This document shows positions 39,579-53,299 of a stretch of 64,000 nucleotides of DNA, in pieces; positions within the stretch are counted from its first letter, which is position 1, and each line of letters opens with the position of its first letter. This DNA comes from Octopus vulgaris. Its lineage: Eukaryota. The notes under the pieces were generated by a model. The model was not told where the DNA came from and ran no database searches. It worked only from the letters and a program-made list of their open reading frames with translations. The stretch spans positions 100,564,001-100,628,000 of the forward strand of contig OX597815.1 in assembly GCA_951406725.2 (NCBI GenBank), given 5' to 3'. Made by a program: the position numbers and the translations under genes.

Positions 39579-40699
39579 GTGCAAAGCACACTGAATAGCC
39601 AGCTGGAGGAAGCATCCTCCTGGGGTTAAAATAGCAGTATCATCTGTTCTTAAAGAACTTCCATCTTTAAGTGGCGATAAACATTACTCCTCAGTACAAA
39701 TACCGCTGCCATCTCTAACAGAGATTTTCTTAAACGAACTAGTTTGCTAAAATGAGGGGATGAGAACAGTCTAAATTAAATTGCATGAGGAATTGGAGAT
39801 GAACGATGTATAATATGAAAACAATATAATTTACAATTTAATTTACGTTTGAAGACATTTATAACAGTGACCTAATTAATGTCAGCAGATAACATTGTTT
39901 AACTCCAGATTTGCTCTGAATCGACTATTTCATCAGTGCTCCTTGGACATCGTTATCTAATGGGTTTTTTTTTTCCATGATAGTAGAATGTGATTTGGTT
40001 GATATTACAAGCTGATCGTATGACCACATAGTTTCTTTCATTTGGCTTGTGATGCTACAGTCGTTGGAATTGGTAGTGTGATTTGAGAGAAAATTTGGCT
40101 GCTATTTCTAACAGAGCAATTGACCATGAAGAAGCTCCTCCATTGGTTCCTAATGGTATCGTTGTTTATTCTCAGTTCAACCCTGGTCTAACAGATCTAT
40201 AATCGAGGACGCTCCAACTATAACTATCTTTCCGGTTACAGATTAACTACGGGAAGATTATCGTATGTGTCCTCCACTCTTTTTTCCTGAAAGTGAAGTG
40301 TGATTTGAGAGAATATTTATCTGCTATGTCTAGCGGGTCAAGTGATCACACGTAAGTGATTCTCGCGTTAACCCATGTTTCATTCTGAGTATTATGTTTG
40401 AGTTGTTGGACAGCTATATGACGTTCTAGCCATGAACATCCCAGAAAGAACGATAATGTCCTTGACCTATTACATTGTCTCTTGAGACCTAGGCTCATTT
40501 CTTTCAATTGAAAGGACTCTGCAAACGGGTCTCAAGGACCAGGAGGTGATATTTTAAGCCAGATGACTGATTAAGTCTACGAACCACATAGAGAACAACA
40601 TTTCCAGTACATCCTTTCCTTTACTTCGCTAGCTGTATGCAAAGTCATTTTTAAAATGTTTTTCACGTTACTAAAAAGGGTAGGGTTTTATCACAACCA

Positions 40700-41520
40700 G
40701 ATTCCTTGACTACTCAACATCTTTTTGACATTTTTTTTACATCTCATGAGTCTAGGAGAGTTGTATTTTTGCACACAAAGATGATCCCAGACAATTGGTC
40801 CACGAGAGAGTTAACTGAATTTATTAAATTTTGTTGCGTCATAACTATTACATTTGAATGTTGCCCTTGAATATTTCGTCGGATATTTGTGAATATTCTC
40901 TATAAATGTTTCTTAAACACATTTTGGTGTAGCGTTGTAATAAACTTTGAACATAAGTCTCAAGTGAGCAGCCAAATTCATTTAATAAATGTTTAGTATT
41001 TTATTATCAAGTATTAAAGGCTGAGAGTGGGATCCTCTGGGAGCCATTGATGTATTCCTCATTGCACAGTTTTATTAAGTATGAAGTTTACTTAATTTTA
41101 ACTTCTTGACACTACCCCAAGCTAGGATCCTGTATATTAAATATGGATGAACAAAATCAAAATATAACATTTTCATCGCTTTGCTGTCCAAAAACATATG
41201 ATATCCCAACATAATTCCAATTTGTGTCAATAGTTAGGATTTCTATTGCTTGAATGTGCAATTTCCAATTCCAATTTCGTCAATAAGTATTTCCAGAAAC
41301 TGTATATCTGGACCTTTTGACTTCTTTTGAGCTAAAGCGAAGTTTTGGGGACTGTAAAGGTAGATCCTCGTAATTAGCTGACGAATAGAATAGAGTGTAC
41401 TTAGTCTTATCCATATTCAAAGAAAGCTTATTTGCAGAATACCATTTATGAGTGATAATTGGTTGTTCATTTCTTTGAATAAGGTGCAGTAGTCTTTACA
41501 AGCTAAGAAAAAATTCGTAT
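40700..41520 (-). mobile_element. Decayed L2/CR1-group LINE RT C-terminal remnant
   Basis: Minus-strand remnants HKWYSANKLSLNMDKTK (about 41400-41450) and LAWGSVKK (about 41100-41125). Confidence 0.6.
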
Positions 41521-41887
41521 AATGTTTTTCCTTAATGATTTCTACTATAGGCACAAGGATCAACATTTCGGGGAAGAAGGCTAGTCGATTATATGGACAC
41601 CAGTGCTCAACTGCTACTTATTCCATTGACCTCGACAAAATGAAAGGCAAAAATCAATCTCCGCGGAATATGGACACAGAATGTAAAGATGGATGAAATG
41701 CTGATAAGCAGTTTGTCCGGCATGCTAAGGATTGATAAGATGTGATATGAAGAAGATTTGGCTGCTACCTCTAGTAGATAAAACAACCATGTAGAAGATT
41801 CCCATCGTGATTCACTTTATAGCAAAGAGACATTACTAAAACTGGAGGTAACGGGGGATTTATCGGTGCTACTTAAGAAGAGTGGTC

Positions 41888-42506
41888 CCGGCGCGCACTC
41901 GCGCATCCGAGCTAGCTAGTCGTGACTATCGATCCTTTGTTTAAAAAAATTATTTACTTTGTGTTTTTGCGTTTTGTTTACTTTACTCTTTTACTTGTTT
42001 CAGTCATCTGACTGTGGCCATGCTGGAGCACAGCCTGTAGTCGAGCAAATCGACCCCAGGACTTATTCTTTGTAAGCCTAGTACTTATTCTATCAGTCTC
42101 TTTTGCCGAACCGCTAAGTTACGGGGACGTAAACACACCAGCATCGGTTGTCAAGCGATGTTGGGGGGACAAACACATACACATATATATATACATATAT
42201 ACGACGGGCTTCGTTCAGTTTCCGTCTACCAAATCCACTCACAAGGCTTTGGTCGGCCCGAGGCTATAGTAGATGACACTTGCCCAAGGTGCCACGCAGT
42301 GGGACAGAACCCAGAACCATGTAGTTCATAAGCAAGCTACTTATCACACAGCCACTCCTACGCCAATTTGTTTTAAAAAATTTATTTACTTTGTGTAAAA
42401 AAATTATTCATTTTGTGTTTTATTTACTTTGCTAGGTAGTCGTTGTAGGATCGACTAGTCACGACTAGCTTGCGCGGATGCGCTAGTACGCGAGTGCGCG
42501 CACCGG
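41888..42506. mobile_element. Small element with GC-rich 50-60 bp inverted termini, containing a SINE insertion
   Basis: CCGGCGCGCACTCGCG...GCTAGTCGTGACTATCGATCCT is mirrored at 42447-42506. Confidence 0.65.
41977..42364 (-). mobile_element. Full-length SINE family A copy with CpGs intact
   Basis: Head GGCGTAGGAGTGGCTGTGTG through tail GACTGAAACAAGTAAAAGAGTAAAG. Confidence 0.85.
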
Positions 42507-43032
42507 ATTTATCTCCTCGCTCGCAATGTAAGCAAGCTTGCATTTTGCGCCAAAAGCTAATATGGGAATTTCTTTCATGGTATTTACTCCAGTATAGTTT
42601 GTTCTAATAGAACATTCACGTTTAAGTAGGGATAAATGTTAGTACTAAAACTGTGACTGTCCGCCATGCAGCGTACCTAACAACAACTAGTTACCACCTT
42701 TGTAAGAAGAGTGGAAACCTTCTCTGGAGAAGGTTATAAAACAGGTTGGTCAGATCGAAAGCGAGGCTGTCATTCTGAACGAGACACGTCGTCCATTTGG
42801 AGAGATAAGCCGTCGACATTGGATATTGTCGCCGCTGTTTCCTCCCTCTGTCTTTTTCCACTCTCGTAATTAGTGACCATCACAACTGTCTCATTGAACA
42901 TCTACAGTAGTTCAGTAGTTGCCAATAATAGTAACAGTATCAACTGAGCAGTCTTTATATTTGTGTTTCGGGAAATATCTTTTTCTTTCACACACTCTCT
43001 CTCTTTAAAACTGTACAATCAACCATTTCAAT

Positions 43033-43278
43033 ATGTTGATGCGGTATCTTTGCATGTTGGTGGTGCTGTTGGTACTGTGTCGGGTTCAAGCCGAGCCAGA
43101 GTCTGTCAACAGCGATCTTGTACTAAACAAAGTAGAACGTGGTATAGACGTGTCCAGTCATTTGATTAAGATTTCTACTTCGATTACGATCGAGAACACG
43201 GGCAAGACGACAGCCAACCACTTCGTTTATGTTTTAGACCCGTATCTTCAAAACCATGAGGCTTATGTCGGTGCCACG
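43033..43278 (+). CDS. RPN1: Ribophorin I (oligosaccharyltransferase subunit 1) exon 1 with signal peptide
   Basis: Hydrophobic signal peptide, then V.R.ID.SSHL.KI...I..EN motif; donor ACG|GTATGT; 246 nt. Confidence 0.93.
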
Positions 43279-46200
43279 GTATGTTCAGTTAATTTGACTT
43301 ATTTTCTTATTCTTCGTTCTCATATTTAAAATTGCATGCTTAAAAAAAAACAAGCTCAATCTCAGTTCATATAATAATGTTGATAAATTCAATTTTAGTA
43401 AATTCATTGAGCTAGCGAAGGAACCTCTGCAGGGTTGCCCAAACCACCAGCAATAGCAGACAAATCGATAAATTTCCCTCTAACCACACCCTATTGTTTA
43501 AAAAAAAAAACGAAGAGAAAGGACATTGCAAAAAAAAAAAAAAAAAGGCGGATCATCATGGCTGGAATGCTCGTGATCCTAGGTTTTCTCCATCAAGACT
43601 GGTCTCTAGCTAAACAATACACTTTAAGAATATTGCAGAAGTTCTCAAGTTTGTTTTAGCTATCGCGGTTAAGGCCATAGAGCACCGCCTGATTTGTATA
43701 TCAAGAAGTGCTTAAAACATAACGTGGCATATATTTACCGGAACTTGATATTATCTGGGAGATTCAGTAACAATTAGGTATTCTTTAATCGCATACCTAG
43801 TTGATATCTAATAGTAATTACTCGGTCTTGTACAAATAATGAATATTACTGCATAAGACTAAAACCCCTTTTCATACACTGAACTCCTTCTCTTTGATTA
43901 CGTGCAGCCCTCTTCCACAGATTTCGTTTTACCTGGGAGCTGAAATCGAGCAGCTGACACTAAAATCTAGTGTTTTTCTGTAAAGTATCCTATATTTGAG
44001 TATTTATAATAAATCTACCTTCTCAATTGAATCGATGCATTCTCTATCCCTTTAGATCGACCTGAAACCCGCCACCCCTACCCTGCTCCAGTTCAATCGA
44101 TCCATTGATTTGTTTAATACTCATGTTTTAACCTGCCGAATGTCTTCTCTTTCGTAGTGTTCAACTAACGATTTCGTGTTTGTGTGTTTTCTGTAAAACC
44201 TTATTGTTTTCATGTCGCGCTGTATATTTCCACTTTGGAAAGACTTTCTACTTTAAATATCTACCATTTCACTATAGGTAGATATAATTGGCTATACAAA
44301 GATACTACAGCAGAGGCATCCTTCTGGTGCTGGAAAGATTCTCCTATAGTTGTAAATACTCTCAGTAAATGAAGATTTCTATCAACCGACACACGCGTGT
44401 GTAAACTCATGTACACACACACACACACATACATGTACACGTTGCTATCTTATAATTTCAGCAATAATTTAGTTAGCGGAATACATCCACACTTTCTTTC
44501 TCGGATTTATTTCTTTACATATCAAAGGTTCTTATTGTTTTTAACGAACGGGGGATAATATAGGAGAAATAAGTGCATATGATACATGCCTTATTTTAAA
44601 GGGTCTTACTGACGAGATTGAAGTAAATGGGTTCGATCAGAAACGAAAACCTAGTCGCTGAATGGCTGACCAATTCTCACTCGAAACTTGTTTCTGCTAC
44701 GTCAGTTAAGTACGTTGTTTCTATAACAGCAATTTTCAACCATTTTCGATCCTCCGCATGATTGCATAGAGTGAGTGCTTTGAGATGTTACGACACACCA
44801 CCAAGTTTTGAAAATATAAATAGTGGTTATTAAAATTGTTTTAACCCAGTGATGAGTGCATGCATTGCACATTGCCACCAAGGAAAACTCATACCGGCGT
44901 GATACATTAAGAACAATCCAAATTTCTATATATCAGGGCATTTCCGACATACTTAGAAAAAAAACTCGCTGCACACTTGCGCCATACTTGGCGGCACAGA
45001 TATGCAGCGACACTGGTTGAAAACCATTTGGTAATGCTAAAACTATCACTCACACTGTTCCGCCTCTTATGTTTTGGCCGTTGGTTGGTAGCCATGCATT
45101 TTCGTAATCACACCAAAGTGAACTCTTTAAATATGAGAGGAAAAGATACACACCCTCCACAACGAACACTTGTATTTATATTGAAAAGAGTTACGTGTGT
45201 GTGTGTACAAGTTTAGCCAGCCGTGGCATATTCAGATTGTGATGGTTTGAATAACTCATTAGTTCCACCGTTGGCGATGTTACTGTCAGCGAAATTAAAT
45301 ATTAGGCTCTACACATGCATTGAGTCCTTTATCCAGCTGATGACCATCGTATATAGTTAAAAACACTTTTTTAACATACAATATTTGTTGACCATACAAT
45401 ATTTGTCTCACATTCGAAATTATACCATTTTATTTATAGTCTAAGGAACCTACAAACTATATGTTGTGTTATTTTGTATTTGATTTGCAAAATGAAGTGT
45501 TTGAAGTATTTAGAAAAAAATCGATGTCCATGAAAGAAAAATTAGCAGAAACAAGAAAGAACGCTGAGTGCCTAACTTGGAATAATGGCTGAATGAGATT
45601 CTTTCGTGGAGTCTTGCCTTCTCGCCGTTCCCAAGTTGTTTCAATAAGTTTCAAATCGAAGTCACATAAAAATGATTCTGTAAAGGGTCTCAAACAAAAA
45701 TAAAAGCAATTGATTGCAAAATATCAAATATCATTGAAAATTTAGAAGTCTTTATTTACGTTGTCAACGAAGCGATAGAACCCGCAACAACAGCAGAATT
45801 AAGGACTTGATTTCCAGCAAAATAATCCACTTCAGTTGCATCAAAGGCTAGACTGTGTCCTCTACTCCAAGGACATAAATCATATAATTTAGTCTTTTGC
45901 CATCAGGACAAGACAAACCAATTGGTTTCTGAACACGGATTGGTAAGATGTGATATGAAGAAGATTTGGCTGCTACCTCTAGTAGATAAAACAACCAGGA
46001 CATAAATCATAATTTAGTCTTTTGCCATCAGGACAAGACAAACCAATTGGTTTCTGAACACGGAATATTAAGACAAAAGCATGTTACATTATCCTCTTGA
46101 TCTTCGAGTGTCTCAGAAATCTACCGGCGTTTTAAGCTGCAGAAGTCATGTAAAATAAAGTAAATTATTATTATTCTGAATGGTATTTTATTTTGAATTA

Positions 46201-46912
46201 GATAAGATGTATGGAAGTGCAGTCAAGTTAATTGAATACTAAGTTTAAGATTAATATTTAATCAATTTTTGTCGTTATGTGTGTACGAATGTGAATAAAA
46301 CCGAATGAAAGAAGATAATCCGGAATTCGAACTCGTACACAATCTAGTTTTTAAACGACAACCATTGCGAAATAAGGGAGGAAACTTGTACGTTGAATAA
46401 TAGTAATTGCGTGAAGTTCAGTTTTTATATTTTCTCTCTGTCATCACTGATTTCACAGTCTTATAACAATTATTTCTATTTATTATTCATGGGCTAGATT
46501 CACCTTTTTATCATATCTACAACCGGTCTTATGGTTCTGAAAAGTTCATCAGTTATATCTAACATTCCGTGTGAAATAAAACACGAGCAGTATAAATTGA
46601 TTCGTAAGCAGTTTTTCTCGTTGTATGAGGCGGAAAATAAACCCTGTGGTTTTCTGCGTAAAATATTTAGAGTACACACAAGTTTATATATTTTTATCTT
46701 TTACTTGTTTGTCATTTGACTGCGGCCATGCTGGGGCACCGCCTTGAAGGGTTTTTAGTCGAACAAATCGACCCCAGTACTTATTTTTTAACGCTTAGGA
46801 CTTATTCTGTCAGTCACTCTTTTGCCAAACCTTTAAGTTAGGGAGACATAAACACACCAGCAGCAGTTGTCAAGCGGTAGTGGGGGACAAGCACAGGCAG
46901 AAAGACACATTG

Positions 46913-46947
<35 letters not shown>

Positions 46948-47072
46948 CATACACACATATACACTCACATATTCACACGATGGTCTTCTTCTACGCTCCA
47001 TCTACCAAATCCACTCTCAAGGCTTTGGTTGGTCTGAGGTTATAGTAGAAGGCACTTGCCCAGGGGTCCACG

Positions 47073-48277
47073 CAGGTGCGGACTGTATTTCAAGACATTT
47101 ATGGTTTTAAAATGACACTTATATAATAACAGAAAAGAACTGTATTTTTATAAAAAATAACATAAACATAGTGCTAAATTATGAACTTAATAATTTAATT
47201 CAATAAAACCATCATAAGCTTCAATAACTGCTTCTACACGGGGTTGAAATCATTCACAAGTTCGGATGAAGTGGTCCTTGTACATATCGGACTTAACTCG
47301 AACTATGACTGCTTTCAAAGAATCTTTGGTGCTATGGGGGTGTTCATTGACGTTTTTCTCAATGATGCTCCATACATAGTAGTTGAGTGGCTTGAGATCT
47401 GGAGAATTAGGAGGCCAAATGTTGGTGTTGTGATCATACAAATTATTGGCCATCCATACTTGTGTGATGGTGCAGAATCTTGTTGAAGGACATAAGGTCT
47501 TCCATTGCATACACTGTTGAGCCAAGGCTTAACAACTTTATCCAGAACCTCAATATATGCAGCAGCATTCACCCTAAGGCCGTGTGGAAAAAGTGAGGAG
47601 GCATCACATGTCCTTCATTGCTAACAACACTCATTTGCAGGAAATTTGTGTGCATTACTCTTGGAACCTCAGAAGGGTCTGCACATGGCTGTCTGTCATT
47701 TTCTCTGTTAATTTTCTGGTCCTGGTCAAAGTTTTTCTCATCTGAGAAAAACCAAATTACATCATCTTCTGATGGATTTTTAAGTTTATTCAAAAGTCTT
47801 TTGGATCTGATTAAATAATTTTTTTGCTTTTTCTCACATGAATTGACCTCTCCTCAACATGTAAGATTTGTATCTGATGCCTTCATGCACAACATTTCTG
47901 ATTGTTTTTTTCTGACACAAGGAATTTTTTTGCAATTGACCTCATTGATTTTCATGGATTGTCTTCAATGTTTTGCTTAGCTTCCTGAATAAATTCAGTT
48001 GTCCTGATAGAATCAGTGTTTGGAATGTTTTTTATGTTTTGATACACGCAATATGATTCCATCTTTCTTTAATTCACACCGGATCTTGTGGACAAAAAAA
48101 TCTCGCAACTTTCAGAAATTTCTAAATCACCATGCTTAACCTTCACAGCATGCCTTTTCATTTCATTAGTGAGCATAGGGCCTGCCATTGTTATTTACTG
48201 AAATAGAAGTTTAATAAAAATTAGTCAGATAAAATAATGACTAAAAATGCATGTCCTCAAATACCATCCACACCCTG
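47073..48277 (-). mobile_element. Decayed mariner-like (maT/DD37D-type) transposon
   Basis: Remnants WFFSDEKNF, YVLQQDSAPSH and WPPNSPDLKPLNYYVW in three frames; imperfect TIRs CAGG(G)TG.GGA..GTATTT.A.GACAT. Confidence 0.85.
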
Positions 48278-48940
48278 TCTACACACACACAATGGGCTTT
48301 ACCCAATGTGTTGCACAGTGGAACTGAACCCGAGACCATGTGGTTGGAAAGCAAACTTCTTAACCACACAGCTACACCTGTAAACAAAAAAAAAAAGGAG
48401 TGTAACACAATACAATGTGAGCCAATAGCATCAATTTATTTATTCATGTATTGCTGTTCCCAATTTTTTTCTTTTCTTTTTGACTGGTCACCCATATTCT
48501 CTGGAATATTGTATTGTCTGTCAAGTGTGACATTAACTTAGATCAGCTTGTCTCAACTTGTTACATATTAGTCAATTTCTAGATTGTCTCAGACAATTCC
48601 AGTTAGATATAAACTTTGAATCATTACACAAAGAATCTGTTTCTAACCTACACTATCAATTTGACACAGGATGAACCTTTTCAGATGATGTAGGACTGTT
48701 AGGCTAGTGTTGGTAAGATACAAGAATTGGGTCATTTCTCTAGATTCTGTATATAATAAATATTGCACACACCTGGCATCTAACCAATGCTATTGTGTGT
48801 GTGTGGGTTTTCGAAACTATGTACTTACTATTATGAGTTTCTTGCTAGCACATTTGTCTAGTGAACACACTCAATTACATTAATATTGCATGGTCTTTCT
48901 TTGTTCAAGGCCAAATAAGGCTACTACTATTAATAATAAA

Positions 48941-50325
<1,385 letters not shown>

Positions 50326-50553
50326 TTCTTTACTACCCACAAGGGGCTACACACAGAGGGGACAAACAAGGACAGACAAATGGATTAAGTCGATTATATC
50401 GACCCCAATGCGCAACTGGCACTTAATTTATCCACCCCAAGAGGATGAAAGGCTAAGTCGACCTCGGCGGAATTTGAACCCAGGACGTAGCGGCAGACGA
50501 AATACGGCTACGCATTTCGCCCGGCGTGCCAACGATTCTACCAGCTCGCCGCC
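50326..50553 (-). mobile_element. tRNA-derived SINE family C (Meta-domain-like core), young copy; older copies at about 22070-22730, 27470, 41550, 50720 and 57860
   Basis: Head GGCGGCGAGCTGGTAGAATCG, B-box GGGTTCAAATTCC, core GAGGTCGACTTAGCCTTTCATCC...GATAAA. Confidence 0.75.
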
Positions 50554-51169
50554 TAAGCTTATATATATATATATATACATATACATACAGTCTTCACCAT
50601 TAACACACACACACACACATATTAATGCATCTATGTCTTTGTTTAGTCTTTTACTAGTTTGTTATTTTGCAGTTATGTTGAAACACTACCTTCAAGTGTT
50701 TTAGTTAGTTATACTGATGCCAGTACTAAGCCTAGAACTTATTTTATTGACTTCAGAAGACTGAAAGGTAAAGTTGATGTGGGCAAGATTTGAACTGAGA
50801 GCGTACAGGGATGTAACAATACCACAGTTTTTTTCTGTCTGATGTTCTACTGATTCTTCCACCCATCCATCTGGCAATCTATGAGACCAGTGATTCTTGG
50901 CCCCCTTCCTGTTTATTATAGTTCTTCACTCCATAAAAAATGAGTTTATGACTGGTTGTCTATAGAAACTTTTGTGTACTGGTGATTTAACTCATGTAGC
51001 TGAGCCTGTTGAAGTATTAAGGGTGAAATAGCAAATATGGTAGAAATGCCTAGATTTAAGGAGCCTTAAAGTAAACCTAACAAAAAGTAAAATTTTAGTT
51101 TGGAAATGGCTAAACTCAGTATGAAGAAAAGAACTAATTGAAAACTGTACTTTGTACCCAGTGTAAACT

Positions 51170-51610
51170 ATAGGTGCACAAGAAGAGTAGTTAGGAGACT
51201 ATGGATGCATGGAAACAATTAAAGGAACTATTACTTTTAGCAAGAAGTGAAGGGTAAAGTGTAAGACAGTTATGTATGAATTAAAGTATTGCATAGTTAT
51301 AAATTGCGGTCATTAAATACAGAGGATGCATGGGGGCTAGAAGGAAACGAAACAAGTATACTTTGCTTGGTATGTAATGTTATTGTGCATGAATGAAAGA
51401 GCACAAATCAGATGAGATAAAAAAAAAGTAGGTATAAGAAGAATCAGATATTGCATTGGTGCAAATATATGGTGTTCATGGAGTGCAGCAGTTGGGTAAA
51501 GAAGTGCCAAGTGTTTCAAGTGGAATGAATCTGGAAGAGTAAGACATGAGAAGATGTGAAGGCTGATCAGGAAGCTGAAACTTGTCGAGGTTATGAGACC
51601 ACAACATGTA
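51170..51610 (+). mobile_element. Old RTE LINE C-terminal remnant
   Basis: Degenerate WKQLKELL and LE.NETSIL.WVCN-like segments, parallel to the copies at 8 and 12 kb. Confidence 0.5.
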
Positions 51611-53299
51611 GCAACGTACATGGATTGGATGATATATGGTTACTGCTCCTACACATCCATCAGCATACGTTATCTCTTGTTAGTGTTGTTGTGGTATTAA
51701 ATTAGATTTAACATTCAGTGTATGCCTCTGCTAAGCAATAACCAGAAACCCCTCACTACACATACATGTGAGAACACTTCTTTGTAATTATTAACACTTT
51801 TGTGGAAACTTTTCTTCTGAAACACATTCTGAATATGTGTTTCGGTTTAGCATTCTGCTGTGGAAGCAAGACTAAAAGCATGACATATAAGAACAAAAGA
51901 TTGTTCTTATATTGGTTTTTTTTTCTGTTATTGTGTCTATCAGATGATGAAGGATTGCAACAAATGCTGAGATTTTGTGAAACCTATCCAAACCATGCCA
52001 GCATGGAAAAATTAATGTAAAATGATAATTGATAATGACTATTAAATACTGACACTACATACAAACGTGCTGGGTGAAGGCATGGCTGTGTGGTTTAGAA
52101 GTTCCCTTTTTATTCACATGACTAAGTCCAGTCCATTGCATGACACTGGGTAAATGCTGTCTGCTATAACCTTGGATTGATTAATGCTTTATGAATAAAA
52201 TTTAGTTGAAGGAAAACACTGTGGAAGCTTATTTTGCTTATGTGTATCAACAAAATTTACAAATAACTTAGAACGAAAACACTTTGTGGTGTTTAGTCTA
52301 CCTGTGTTTCACAGGGACTTCTTTATACCTATTGGAATCCTATGACCAAGAACAGTATTATTTACAACTGCATGACCTTTTAATCATATAGAAAGACTTT
52401 TCTACCATTATGGTCTTTTAGTTTACATTTGTGACAAATTCCTATCCCTTGTGCATTGACTCTTGAAAATCCTTATGAATTTTCTTTATTACTTTTCTTC
52501 ATCTCAAAATTGCTGTCATAAACTCTGTCTCCACAAGTATTGATTCTACACTTTCTCTCCATCCATCACTCAACATATTTGATCTTAATGTTCATCATTT
52601 AGAGTGGTTTAAGCATTCTCCAGTTACTGATACTGCAGGCAACAACATCTTCAATTTCGCTATTTCCCAGAGATTAACTCAAGCATTTAACTTCCCTGCT
52701 CACTTTCTTGATTGTGATGATCAGGTTCCAACTTTGCTCAATCATTTTTCTGTCCTCCATTCCTACTTTATACAAGACTTCCTCTCTCTGTTCAGTAATT
52801 CTGATTATGGTATTGTATAGCTGGTTATTTCTCTTAGCATGAAGTTGCCTCAGCAGTCCCCTTTTCATAGAACAATGTTCAGCTAGGAAAGGAGTGAGTA
52901 GGACAGCTTAAGAGAAGCTCCAGTAGTGATGCACCACAGAATGAAGTGTTTGAAATTAATGGTGAAAAGTGTATATCTGAGTTTGCTTCATAGATTCTAA
53001 CTGGTATTGAGTCCCTTGTTCTACCTTGCTAATTCTAATATGATGCCTTACTCTTTTTTGCACTGCTTGCAATAAATGCAAGATAGTCATCGAGGCTGCA
53101 AAGTCTCATTACATCCAGTGACACCTATGACCATCTTTCCTCTCCAAAACTTGGATGATGGGACTTATGTAGAATCTACAATAATATTCTTCACAAGAGT
53201 ATATCATCTGTTCCTCCTCTTTTTCATGGGCCAAGTTCTTGAAATTTGAGGGACAAGGCTACTGTTTGCTACCTCAGATAACACAGATCATCCTCTATC

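Noticed and set aside
24600-42800. A protein-coding gene such as RAB7 (the vertebrate neighbour of RPN1) in the intergenic region
   Set aside because: No small-GTPase motifs or other recognisable host coding exons found by eye.
44609-44660. Hammerhead-like CTGACGA-GATTGAA...TTCGATC-A-GAAAC...GTC in RPN1 intron 1
   Set aside because: Stem II forms, but there is an extra A before GAAA and no stem I pairing; not supportable as a ribozyme.
45460-45860. Possible DNA-transposase remnant (VVNEAIE-like)
   Set aside because: Too degenerate, with no TIRs identified; cannot be assigned without a profile search.
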